Shown here in pieces: positions 53,844-63,374 of a DNA stretch of 64,000 bases. The notes under the pieces were generated by a model. It was not told where the DNA came from. It ran no database searches and worked only from the letters and a program-made list of their open reading frames with translations. The translations under genes and the position numbers were made by a program. Where the stretch lies: assembly GCA_024277375.1 (NCBI GenBank), contig JAJRVD010000053.1, forward strand, positions 8,680-72,679, in the 5' to 3' direction. Source of the stretch: Candidatus Omnitrophota bacterium (GTDB lineage: Bacteria > Omnitrophota > Gorgyraeia > Tantalellales > Tantalellaceae). Position 1 is the first letter of the stretch, and each line of letters begins with the position of its first letter.

Positions 53844-54791
53844 ATGTTCAAAAAAATATTCAAATGTATTGTACCGTATGTCATATTGATCGTTCTGATG
53901 GTGATGTTTACCGGTTTTTTGCTTGAGAATAAAGATACTCTGGCAAAACTTTCGGAAGTATCGCCGCTTCACATATTGGGTGTAGCGATCTTTATTGTTT
54001 TATTCATCGTTGTTAATGCGTACTCGACAAAAGAATTGACGAAAGCTTTTGGTGTGGATCTATCCGTTAAGGAATGGTTGGGTTTGTCCTGTATTACCGT
54101 AATGCTTAATTACTTAATGCCGGCAAGGTCAGGCGCTGTGCCGAGAGCATTGTATATGAAACGAAAATATAATTTTTCACGTACTTTATTCCTCTCATCA
54201 TATCTCGGCTTGTATGTTTTTGCGCTTGCTGTTAACGCGTTTTTCGGGATGATATTGTGTGTTGCCTATTACGCGAGATTTGGAGTGCTGCAAAAGGGAT
54301 TGATGGTGTTTTTTATTATCTTTATCTTCCTGGCCGGAGGTTGTATCGCGATAAGCAGATGGTTTGGAAAAAGGAACACGGGGTCCGGGATTTTTCATAA
54401 AGTTATAGAAGGCCTGGAGTATTTCCGGAAACAGAAAAAACTTTTGATTAAATTGCTTTTTTTGAACCTGCTTAGTATGCTTTTTCTGGCAGGCAGGTTC
54501 TGGGTGGCATATAGTGCTATCAATGTTTCACCTAGCCCGATCGCTGTGCTTATCGTGGCAAATGTTGTCGTTTTTTCTTTTGTTGTAAGCATTACGCCGG
54601 CTAATCTCGGGATCAAAGAGACGTTCATAACGCTTGTTTCCGGGATTATCGGGTTGTCAACCATTAATGGCGCGTTAATGGCCGTAATAGACAGGGGTGT
54701 TAGTTTTCTCGTCGTTTTTGTCCTTGGAATAGTTTTTAGCGTGATCTTGTTTCGCGAGATATATCCAAGGCAGGCCGAAAGGACAGGATAA
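53844..54791 (+). CDS. YbhN/UPF0104-like (lysylphosphatidylglycerol-synthase TM-domain-like) membrane protein
   Basis: About 8 TM segments. It has the size and architecture of the flippase-like domain family that often accompanies DPM1-like GT2s. Weak call. Confidence 0.45.
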   Translation: MFKKIFKCIVPYVILIVLMVMFTGFLLENKDTLAKLSEVSPLHILGVAIFIVLFIVVNAYSTKELTKAFGVDLSVKEWLGLSCITVMLNYLMPARSGAVPRALYMKRKYNFSRTLFLSSYLGLYVFALAVNAFFGMILCVAYYARFGVLQKGLMVFFIIFIFLAGGCIAISRWFGKRNTGSGIFHKVIEGLEYFRKQKKLLIKLLFLNLLSMLFLAGRFWVAYSAINVSPSPIAVLIVANVVVFSFVVSITPANLGIKETFITLVSGIIGLSTINGALMAVIDRGVSFLVVFVLGIVFSVILFREIYPRQAERTG

Positions 54792-54801
54792 TACCGATAT
54801 T

Positions 54802-56292
54802 ATGAACAAAGGCACAATGCAAATATTATTGATCTATCCCGGTGAGCGTGTTATGAAGCCGAGATTGCCCATGGCAGTGCTTACGATAGCTACCCATTGC
54901 ATCGCGGAAGGATTCAAGTGTCGGATAGTAGATGAGCGGGTGGAAGAGCTAAGTGACGAGGATATCATATCAGCGGATGTGATAGGGATAAGTACGATGT
55001 CGGGGGCGCAGTTGAAAGCATCCATAAAAACGGCAAAAAGGATAAGGGAGATAAGAACGGATGTGCCGCTAGTATGGGGAGGGGCGCACCCTTCGGCGTA
55101 TTCTGTGCAGTCGGCTGAAAGCGATCTTGTGGATTATGTGATCAAGGCTGAGGGGGAACAAGCTTTTATTGATCTTTGTCTCAGACTGCTTAAAGGTGGA
55201 GATCATGAAGATATTCCGGCACTTACTTTCAAACGGGAAGATGGCCGCATGGTAAACAATCCGGTAAGTAATTCATGGATGAATATGGATGACTTACATT
55301 TTCCCGAGTACAGATTGCTGGATATTAAGAAATACGCTGATCATGATGATGGATTGAGTTATGAGACTTCCCGCGGGTGTCCTTTTAGATGCACTTTTTG
55401 TTACGTAGAATATTTTCATAACAGGCAGTGGCGAGGGAAGAGCGCAAAAAAAGTAGTTGGTGACCTCAAAAGGATAAAAAAAGAAATAGGCGTGAAGAAA
55501 ATGTTTTTTATTGACGATAATTTCTTCGGCAGTAAAAAAAGAAGCATGGAGATATGCTCCGAAATGATAGAAGCGGGTCTCTCGATGAAATGGAGCGCGA
55601 CAATAAGAGCTGATCTTCTTTCCAAGTATACCGATGAAGAGATGAGGTTGATCAAAGAAAGCGGGTGCGAGATCCTGGCGATCGGCGCCGAATCAGGATC
55701 GGAGAGAGTGCTTAAAAAGATAAAAAAGGATATTACTCCCGGGCAGGTAAAAAGATCGGTGGCTAAATGCGCGGAAAACGGGATCATGCCTCAGGTGAGT
55801 TTTGTGATAGGGTTTCCATTCGAAGAGGAAGAGGATCTGGAGAAAACAATAAGATTTTATGATGAGTTGATGGGTTGCGGGAAGAACATTGAGATTAACG
55901 GATTGTTTATTTACATGCCGTACGTCGGAACGCAGATGTTTGATATAGCCGTTGAACATGGGTACAAGCCATGTAAGACTTTGGAGGAATGGGGGGATTG
56001 GAATTTTAGTACCGCGGATAATAACCCCTGGATCTCGGGTAAAAAAAGAAAAAGGATGGAAACTATTTCTAGTATAGCCAGATTTAAATATTTGTACCAT
56101 AGGTTTGAATATTATTCTGAGGAGTATCGAAAACAGAAATTAAGATCTCCATTGGTTAAATTAGGGTACCATGTGGGCGTTAAGTTGTTCGCGAAAATCG
56201 CGGACATACGTTGGAAATATATGTATTTTGATTTTGCCGTTGAATGGAAACTATGGCGCTTTTTGGCTTTTAAAATTTTTAAAGTTAATTGA
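54802..56292 (+). CDS. Cobalamin (B12)-binding radical SAM protein (class B), second copy
   Basis: N-terminal B12-binding-like domain and CPFRCTFC (Cx3Cx2C). Confidence 0.75.
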   Translation: MNKGTMQILLIYPGERVMKPRLPMAVLTIATHCIAEGFKCRIVDERVEELSDEDIISADVIGISTMSGAQLKASIKTAKRIREIRTDVPLVWGGAHPSAYSVQSAESDLVDYVIKAEGEQAFIDLCLRLLKGGDHEDIPALTFKREDGRMVNNPVSNSWMNMDDLHFPEYRLLDIKKYADHDDGLSYETSRGCPFRCTFCYVEYFHNRQWRGKSAKKVVGDLKRIKKEIGVKKMFFIDDNFFGSKKRSMEICSEMIEAGLSMKWSATIRADLLSKYTDEEMRLIKESGCEILAIGAESGSERVLKKIKKDITPGQVKRSVAKCAENGIMPQVSFVIGFPFEEEEDLEKTIRFYDELMGCGKNIEINGLFIYMPYVGTQMFDIAVEHGYKPCKTLEEWGDWNFSTADNNPWISGKKRKRMETISSIARFKYLYHRFEYYSEEYRKQKLRSPLVKLGYHVGVKLFAKIADIRWKYMYFDFAVEWKLWRFLAFKIFKVN

Positions 56293-56306
56293 GGGAGAGA
56301 GGAACG

Positions 56307-57005
56307 ATGAAAAAGAGTCCCACAGAACAGGACATAAAAGCATGGTATGACGATAGATATATCGTGGAAAAAGAAAAGAATAACAGGCCCTTTGAAGCGT
56401 ACCCGATCTTTCTTGATCATCTGGAGGCTGAAAAGGGGAAGAAGCTGCTTGACATTGCATGTGGATCGGGGTTTTTGCTATGTGCGGCTTCTCTGAAGGG
56501 CATAACTACGTTCGGTATTGATATCTCCCCGGAGGCGATAAAGATCGCGAAAGAGATATCTCCCTACTCGACTCTTTCTGTCGGGAAAGGTGAGGAATTG
56601 GAATATAGTGACAGGAAATTTGACTATATAACATGTCTTGGGGCATTAGAACATTTTCTTGATATTGATAAAGGTCTTCAGGAGATGAAAAGGGTAGCGA
56701 AAGATGACGCGACATTTTGCATAATGGTGCCTAATTCTGATTTTGCTTTATGGAAATTAATGGGTAGGATCGGTACGGAGCAGCAGGATATTAATGAAAA
56801 TTTAATGCCGCTTGACCAATGGAGAAGTATTTTTAAAAAGAATGGATTTGAAGAAGTGCATATTTACCGGGATAGATGGTATGAGAAATTTTCTTCTTCA
56901 AGCTTATCGGGGGCGATAAAGAGGAATGTAGGCCGTTTCATATGGATGTTTATTCCGGTGAAAAAAGCGTATCAATTTATTTTCATACTAAAAAAATGTA
57001 GATAA
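56307..57005 (+). CDS. Class I SAM-dependent methyltransferase
   Basis: LLDIACGSGFL motif I. RBS gagggagagagg. Confidence 0.7.
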   Translation: MKKSPTEQDIKAWYDDRYIVEKEKNNRPFEAYPIFLDHLEAEKGKKLLDIACGSGFLLCAASLKGITTFGIDISPEAIKIAKEISPYSTLSVGKGEELEYSDRKFDYITCLGALEHFLDIDKGLQEMKRVAKDDATFCIMVPNSDFALWKLMGRIGTEQQDINENLMPLDQWRSIFKKNGFEEVHIYRDRWYEKFSSSSLSGAIKRNVGRFIWMFIPVKKAYQFIFILKKCR

Positions 57006-57035
57006 GAATACGATCATGCAAAATATTGGACTTTT

Positions 57036-58100
57036 ATGAGGATATTAGCGGTTTCCAGGAAATATCCACCCTCTATCGGGGGGATGCAGACATATAGCAG
57101 GCATTTGATGAAACACCTGCTAAGGGATTTTAACCTGGATCAAATATTGCTTAAAAGAAGTCAGTACAATCTTATATGGTTTTTGCCGTATGCTTTTGTT
57201 ATGTCTTTTCTGCGTCTTTGTACCCGGAAGTATGATGTTATATACATATTCGACGCTTTTCTTGCCCCTCTTGGTGTTTTTTTGAAACGCGTATTTAATA
57301 TTCCGGTTATTGTAACCGTGCACGGACTTGATGTTGCATACAATAGGTTTTTTTATCAGAAGATCATACCCGGATCAGTGGGGAAGCTAGACAAGGTTAT
57401 TTGTGTAAGTAACAACACTATCGAAGAATGTGTAAAAAGGGGTATAGCTCGTAGTAAGTGTATATTTATCCCGAATGGAATGGATCCTGAAGAACATTAT
57501 ATGGATCTTTCGTTTTCCGAGGCTGTTGAGAAAACAGAGAAGTTAGCGGGTTGCGATCTGAAAGAAAAAAAGATCCTTATTACGGTCGGAAGGCTTGTAA
57601 AAAGGAAGGGGGTCGCGTGGTTCATTGAAAACGTGTTCTCTCAGTTGAACGGCGAGTATGTATATCTGATCATTGGCGAAGGACCCGAGAGTGGTGAAAT
57701 AAAAGATATTATCGCTAAGACGGGATTAGAAGAGAAGGTACGTATGTTAGGGTACGTAGACATGAAAGATCTTAGCGTATTGTACCGTGCCGCATATCTT
57801 TTTATTATGCCCAATCAGAAAGTTGTTGATGATCCGGAAGGGTTCGGTATCGTAGCGGTTGAAGCGGCGGGTTGCGGGCTACCGACGATAGCGAACAGCA
57901 TAGAGGGCATAACCGACGCGGTAATTGAAAACCAGACGGGACATTTGGTCGAATACAATAATGCCGAGTTGTTTATTAGAAAAATAAGGAATGCTGAATT
58001 TGACAGAGAAAAGGTCATGGCAAGCGCTATGAAATTTTCGTGGCAGAATATAATAGAAAAATATAACAGTGAGATAAAACAAACCGCGGAGTTTGGATAG
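57036..58100 (+). CDS. GT4-family (GT-B) glycosyltransferase
   Basis: C-terminal EGFGIVAVEAAGCGLP (E-x7-E region) typical of GT4. Confidence 0.75.
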   Translation: MRILAVSRKYPPSIGGMQTYSRHLMKHLLRDFNLDQILLKRSQYNLIWFLPYAFVMSFLRLCTRKYDVIYIFDAFLAPLGVFLKRVFNIPVIVTVHGLDVAYNRFFYQKIIPGSVGKLDKVICVSNNTIEECVKRGIARSKCIFIPNGMDPEEHYMDLSFSEAVEKTEKLAGCDLKEKKILITVGRLVKRKGVAWFIENVFSQLNGEYVYLIIGEGPESGEIKDIIAKTGLEEKVRMLGYVDMKDLSVLYRAAYLFIMPNQKVVDDPEGFGIVAVEAAGCGLPTIANSIEGITDAVIENQTGHLVEYNNAELFIRKIRNAEFDREKVMASAMKFSWQNIIEKYNSEIKQTAEFG

Positions 58101-58137
58101 TACGGCAGGATCAAAAAACTGAAAACTTAAGGAAGAT

Positions 58138-59049
58138 GTGAAAATAGATATTCTTATACTCAATTACAATTGAAAGGCGCTTTTAGAAGATAATCTGCCG
58201 TCAGTATGTGAAGCTGCCGGGAGGTCTTCGCACACCTGTAAAGTTATTGTCGTAGACAATTGCAGTAATGATGGTAGTGTAGAGTTCTTAAAAAGAGAGT
58301 TCCCTGAAGTCATCACCGTAGTCGCGAAAGAGAATCGTGTGCTTTGCTCATATAATGATATTGTAAGGGGGCTCGACAGTGAAATAGTTATATTTCTGAA
58401 TAATGATATGAAGGCTGATGAGTGTTTTGTCGATCCGTTGTCTGAACTTTTTGAGCAAAAGGATCTAATGTTCGCTGCTCCTCGTATTATGAATCCCGAT
58501 AATACGTTTAATGGTGGTAAGTCTTCCTTGAAATTCAGATTCGGAGCGGTAAGAGTAGAGGTTGATCATGCCGGATATATGGAGAGGGGTCGTACACAAG
58601 CCATTTCAACGGGAGCGTTCAGGCGAAAAATGTTTCTCGAACTCGGGGGCTTTGATGATCTCTATTTACCCGGGATATGGGAAGATGTGGACATTTGCTA
58701 TAGGGGACAGTTGCGTGGTTGGGGTGGCATATATGAGCCTAAGAGCTTGATATGGCATGAGGAATCAACGACCTTTCATCGCGAATTCGGTCGAAAAAGG
58801 AAAATGAGACTGGCACATCGGAATATGTTCCTGTTTATATGGAAGAACATAAAAGACCCTCAAATGTTGGCACAGCATGTTATTCTGGCAGTGCCTCGGG
58901 CTTTGGCTCTTTTTGTTAAGGGGCAGACCGAAGTTATAGAAGGTCTTATCCTTGCCCTCGGGAAAATAAAAACTGTACTAAAAAAACGAGCAATATTAAA
59001 AAAGGAAGCTTGCGAAGTTCTTTTTAAGGACCGAGAATTTTTTAAATGA
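58138..59049 (+). pseudogene. GT2 glycosyltransferase with in-frame TGA at 58171..58173 (or a sequencing error)
   Basis: GTG 58138 gives KIDILILNYN, then TGA. The same frame continues KALLEDNLPSV ... KVIVVDNCSNDGS ... DMKADE ... EDVDICYRG (GT2 motifs) to 59049. Only the 58339..59049 piece is in the track. Confidence 0.55.
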
Positions 59050-59726
59050 AAATATCTATTTTGACAAGTAATATTTTTGATGGCCTGGTAGTGAGCCAAA
59101 GGCTTATGGACAGCGGTAAAGATATTGTTTCAATAATATACGAGAAAAAACTTTTGTCGTATAAGGCCGTTCTTAAAAGAGTGTTATATCGGATCAAAGG
59201 GGTTTTAAAAGGTATTAGCTACGAAACGATCGCCAAGCGAAATGGTAAACTCTTTGTAGCGGGAGTAGAAAACATTGTTTGTGATCGTACACGTGAAATA
59301 ATAAATAATTCAAGTCCTGATCTTATTGTGGTTGTCGGAACACGTAAATTGCCTCCGGATATATTTGATAAAGCGCGACTAGGCGCTATAAATATGCATT
59401 CGGGTATACTTCCGTACTATAGGGGCGCTGATTCGGAGTTTTGGGCTCTTCATAACGGGGAAAAAGACAAAATTGGTGTTACGATACATTTTGTAGATGA
59501 AAAATTAGACACCGGTGATATTGTTCTGCAGGCCCGGCAGAAAGTAACGGATGCGGATGATCATAAAAGTTTAAGGATGAAGAATATATTTTTAGGTGCG
59601 GATAAAATAGTTGAGGCTATAACCCTTATAGAGAAAGGAAGCTATAGCAGGTTAAAACAAGACGAAAATTTTGCTAAATCATATAAGTCGGCTACCAGAG
59701 AAGATATCAGGAAATATCGAGGGTAA
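59046..59726 (+). CDS. Formyltransferase-family protein (second copy)
   Basis: HSGILPYYRGADSEFWAL ... IHFVDEKLDTGDIV matches the Formyl_trans_N core. Confidence 0.6.
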   Translation: MKISILTSNIFDGLVVSQRLMDSGKDIVSIIYEKKLLSYKAVLKRVLYRIKGVLKGISYETIAKRNGKLFVAGVENIVCDRTREIINNSSPDLIVVVGTRKLPPDIFDKARLGAINMHSGILPYYRGADSEFWALHNGEKDKIGVTIHFVDEKLDTGDIVLQARQKVTDADDHKSLRMKNIFLGADKIVEAITLIEKGSYSRLKQDENFAKSYKSATREDIRKYRG

Positions 59727-59735
59727 GCTGGATAT

Positions 59736-60581
59736 GTGACCCATAGCGTGAAAAACAAAGAAAACGTGATAAACAGTATAAACTACATGAGAGATAATTT
59801 ACGAAAAAAGAGTATGCTAAAAGAGTTTGGTCCTGAGGATCTTAAAGTGAAAGAAGTAGTCGCTTTGAAATCGTCACTTTGTGAATACGCTTCCGATAAA
59901 TGGCGGGAACCTGACATATTCTGTATAAGGATCGATGCCGATGAGTTCTAGGAGAGGTCTTTCAGCGCGTACTATCCTGTCTTTGAGAAGTATAAGAACG
60001 CTATAACTATATTTTTTAACGCCCGGTCATTTGGAGCGGGGAAGAAACATATCCTAAAATGTAAGGAGATGGGGTTGGATATTCAATCCCACGCGTTTTA
60101 TCACTATACATACAATGATTATGCCAGTAACAGGTTCAATATTCGCAAAGCAAAAGAGTTTTTTCTGGATCTGGGAATAGAAACGACCGGATTTGTGGCG
60201 CCGTATGGAAAGTGGAACGAACAATTGGCAGAGGCTTTAGAGGATGAAGGTTACAGGTATTCCTCGGAGTTCTCATACGATTATATGGGGTTCCCCAGTT
60301 ATCCGGTGGTGAAAGGCAAGGTCTCGAAGGTGTTAGAGATCCCGGTTTTCCCTGTGGCACCGGAATTGTTCGTTAATGAGGATATGACGTGTAATCCCGA
60401 AAAGATTCTCGAATTTTATAAAACGGCTATTGATGAACTTATTGATCATGGAATACCGGTTATAGTGTACGCGCACACGCATCCGTTGATGTCGATGATA
60501 CCTTCACTGCTTGAGAATATTATGGATTACGCAATAAATGAAAAGGGTCTAAAGCCTGTCAATATGACTAGGATTCATTAA
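59736..60581 (+). pseudogene. Polysaccharide deacetylase (NodB-like) with in-frame TAG at 59949..59951 (or a sequencing error)
   Basis: ORFs 59736..59951 (...IFCIRIDADEF) and 60069..60581 are in the same frame. The read-through text ERSFSAYYPVFEKYKNAITIFFNARSFGAGKKHILKCKEMGLDIQSHAFYH fits a NodB-type deacetylase. Confidence 0.5.
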
Positions 60582-60823
60582 ATATGGTCGCAACTTTCGG
60601 AAGGTGTGTCCGAGCGTGAAAGGTCAGATGTATTCCGGTCGCCGGCCGATAATTTTTTGGGAAGGCCCTTATCAAGGGGAATATTGACTGAATTTAAAAA
60701 TATCATAAAACAAGCGCTTGATTTTGAAAGAATTACTCCTGTAGAAGACCTAAAGTGTGGGGAAATACGGAAAATCTTAAAATTGATCGCCAGAAAAGTG
60801 ATCAGTGATAAAAACTGATCGCT

Positions 60824-61825
60824 ATGAAGGATAAAATGGAATACAAAAATGTAACAGGATTTGAGGGCAGTAAAAAGGCAGTGAATTGCATGGACAAGGC
60901 TATGCTGAACGAGAGGTTCAAAATGTGCGATGAGGAAGGAATATATTCTTCCTGTCAGCCTATATACGGATTTAGAAGGGGAGACCGTCATGCGGGTGAC
61001 ATTCAATGGTATATCATTACCAATCATATCTTGAAAATTCTCTCGAGTCTTGAATTTGATTCTCTTTTGGACGTGGGGGCCGCGGAAGGGTTTACAGCTT
61101 ACCTGGCAGGGAAACTGTTCGGGGGCGAAGTTGCTACGAGTGATTTTTGTGAAGAAGTATGTCTTCGATCTAAAGAAATTTTCGGAATGGACGCAACGGC
61201 GGCTGATTGTTGTGATCTTCCGTTCGGGGATAATGAATTCGATGTGGTTTTAAGCAGTGAATCATTAGAACATATTCCGGATCTTCCGAAAGCTGTTGAT
61301 GAGCTTTTAAGGGTTGCCAGGAAAGCCGTGGTAATAACTGTTCCGCGTGAGTCGCCGGAACTAATTGAGAAGAATATTGCCGGGCGCGGAACCGGGTCGA
61401 GTCATATACATAGTTTTGACCTGGACAGTTTTAACCATCTGGATTATCCGGTGATCGCTACGGGGTTTTACAGCCCTTCAAAGATATTGAGGGTTCTTGC
61501 CGCGGTGGTGGAAGCCGCGCCGAGGAAACATCACGAAAACATGAAGTATCCTAAGGCTCTGGTTGATATCTATAACGCAGCTATAATGCCAATCTTAAGA
61601 AAGTTGTTTGGTAAGAGAGCTGCTTCATTGTTGATAAAGTTAGATGAGCTTTTTAGCAAATTTACGAGTTCTTATAACGCGTGTTCATTTGTGATCTTAA
61701 AAGATGGTGATATAACAAAAGAACAAACCGTGAAAATTTCTCCGTATTGGATAATGGACGTATCTATGCCATATCATTATCCTGATGGAGAAAAGGATGA
61801 AGGAAAAGGGATAAAGTTAGCGTAG
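60824..61825 (+). CDS. Class I SAM-dependent methyltransferase
   Basis: LLDVGAAEGF motif I and FDVVLSSESLEHIPD. Confidence 0.65.
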   Translation: MKDKMEYKNVTGFEGSKKAVNCMDKAMLNERFKMCDEEGIYSSCQPIYGFRRGDRHAGDIQWYIITNHILKILSSLEFDSLLDVGAAEGFTAYLAGKLFGGEVATSDFCEEVCLRSKEIFGMDATAADCCDLPFGDNEFDVVLSSESLEHIPDLPKAVDELLRVARKAVVITVPRESPELIEKNIAGRGTGSSHIHSFDLDSFNHLDYPVIATGFYSPSKILRVLAAVVEAAPRKHHENMKYPKALVDIYNAAIMPILRKLFGKRAASLLIKLDELFSKFTSSYNACSFVILKDGDITKEQTVKISPYWIMDVSMPYHYPDGEKDEGKGIKLA

Positions 61826-61868
61826 GCGCCGTATCGCCTTCGGCGATGGGCGGCGAAGTATAAATATG

Positions 61869-61894
61869 TTCGCGGCCGGAGGCCGCTCCTACGT
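61869..61894. repeat. Short hairpin repeat family C (TTCGCGGCCgGAGGCCGCTCCTACGT), copy in opposite orientation to 46604..46629
   Basis: It is the reverse complement of ACGTAGGAGCGGCCTCTGGCCGCGAA at 46604..46629, differing by 1 nt. A UUCG-loop hairpin lies just upstream at 61826..61855. Confidence 0.7.
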
Positions 61895-61944
61895 GATGTT
61901 TAACGAATTGTTGTTAATGTGGTGTTAAGAAGGAGCAGTATAAG

Positions 61945-62913
61945 ATGAAGAGTTATTATAAGGGTAAAAGAGTGTTGGTTACGGGCGCGGACGGGTTTAT
62001 GGGGTCCCATCTTACCGAAAGGCTGCTTGCCGCGGGAGCGAAAGTTTCTGTCTTTGTGAGAGGGAATTCCACTACGGGGACTACCCAGTACGCGCTTAAG
62101 AACATAAAACATCTTGAGGGAGATATTGAAGATATCCTCACGGGAAATATCGCCAGTCTGGACGCGAAAGACCTGGTCATTAAGAATAGACCGGAAATAA
62201 TTTTTCATCTCGCCGCGGATGCGTATGTGCCTAATTCTTTCGATCACCCCATAGAGGTAATGGAGACGAACCTTATCGGAACCTTGAACATGCTGCATGC
62301 AGTCAAGGAAGATAAACGTATAAAACGCATTGTGTGTACATCTTCCAGCGAGATATATGGTATGACGATAGGTGGATCGATAGATGAAGACCATCTTTTG
62401 TATCCGTCATCACCTTACGCGGCCAGTAAAGTCGCGGCAGACAAATATTGCTATTCGTATTGGAATACGTATAAGTTGCCGGTAGCCGTGATAAGGCCGT
62501 TCAATACTTATGGGCCCAGGCATACTTATGACGTGATACCGAAGTTCATTGAGCTTGCCCTTAAGAACAAGCCGCTTACCGTGCATGGTACGGGCAGGCA
62601 GTCGAGAGATTTCACGTATGTTGATGACATGGTGGACGCGTTCATGATAATGGGAAAAGACAAGAAAGCTATAGGGTGCTCGGTAAATTTCGGTACCGGT
62701 GAAGCTATAACGGTAAATTATGTAGCCAAAGCGATAAAAAAGATCTCCGGGTCAAAATCTGAAATAATTCATACAAAGGACCGTACGGCACAGGTGCCGA
62801 AGTTATTGTGCAACTATTCGTTGGCAAAAAAACTTTTTGGATGGGAACCGAAGGTGTTTATAGACGAGGGGATAAGGAGGAACATAGAATGGGTGAAGAA
62901 CGAAAAGGCGTAA
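61945..62913 (+). CDS. NAD-dependent epimerase/dehydratase (SDR; dTDP-glucose/GDP-mannose 4,6-dehydratase-like)
   Basis: [14 protein letters not shown] and [11 protein letters not shown] (YxxxK). Confidence 0.75.
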   Translation: MKSYYKGKRVLVTGADGFMGSHLTERLLAAGAKVSVFVRGNSTTGTTQYALKNIKHLEGDIEDILTGNIASLDAKDLVIKNRPEIIFHLAADAYVPNSFDHPIEVMETNLIGTLNMLHAVKEDKRIKRIVCTSSSEIYGMTIGGSIDEDHLLYPSSPYAASKVAADKYCYSYWNTYKLPVAVIRPFNTYGPRHTYDVIPKFIELALKNKPLTVHGTGRQSRDFTYVDDMVDAFMIMGKDKKAIGCSVNFGTGEAITVNYVAKAIKKISGSKSEIIHTKDRTAQVPKLLCNYSLAKKLFGWEPKVFIDEGIRRNIEWVKNEKA

Positions 62914-63374
62914 AGATCCATTCCACGGCACTTGTTGCGGACAGCGCCAAGATAGGTGAAGGGACCGTTATATGGGCATATGTCCAGGTAGGAGAGAATG
63001 CCGAAGTGGGTAAAAGCTGCATATTGGGTAACGGCGTGTATGTGGACAGGAACGTCAAGATAGGAAATAACGTTAAGATGCATAACAAAGCTTCTGTGTA
63101 TGACGGAACTATTGTGGAAGATGATGTTTTTATCGGTCCACACGCTTGTTTTACTAACGATAAGTATCCTAAATTTGATTCGACGCGGGATCTTGAAGAT
63201 GTTTCATGGCGTGTAAAAAAGGGAGCTTCTATCGGGGCGAATGTAACGGTACTTCCCGATGTTACTATAGGCGTGGGGGCAGTGGTAGGGGCCGGATCGG
63301 TTGTTACCAAGGATGTTCCCGATGGCGCGCTTTGTTACGGAAATCCCGCGGTAGTTGTGAAGGAAGGAAAGTAA
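62889..63374 (+). CDS. Hexapeptide-repeat (left-handed beta-helix) acyltransferase
   Basis: Repeated [LIV]-G-x-x-x-x hexads along the length. RBS aaggagga before ATG 62889. Confidence 0.7.
   Translation: MGEERKGVKIHSTALVADSAKIGEGTVIWAYVQVGENAEVGKSCILGNGVYVDRNVKIGNNVKMHNKASVYDGTIVEDDVFIGPHACFTNDKYPKFDSTRDLEDVSWRVKKGASIGANVTVLPDVTIGVGAVVGAGSVVTKDVPDGALCYGNPAVVVKEGK

Noticed and set aside
58171-58173. The in-frame TGA at a position where GT2 enzymes have Gly (LNYN-G-K) raised the possibility of genetic code 25 (UGA=Gly; SR1/Gracilibacteria).
   Set aside because: TGA is the terminator of many full-length genes in this window, for example the CotH gene (TGA at 19879..19881). The other in-frame stops are TAA and TAG. 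Recoding does not explain the data.
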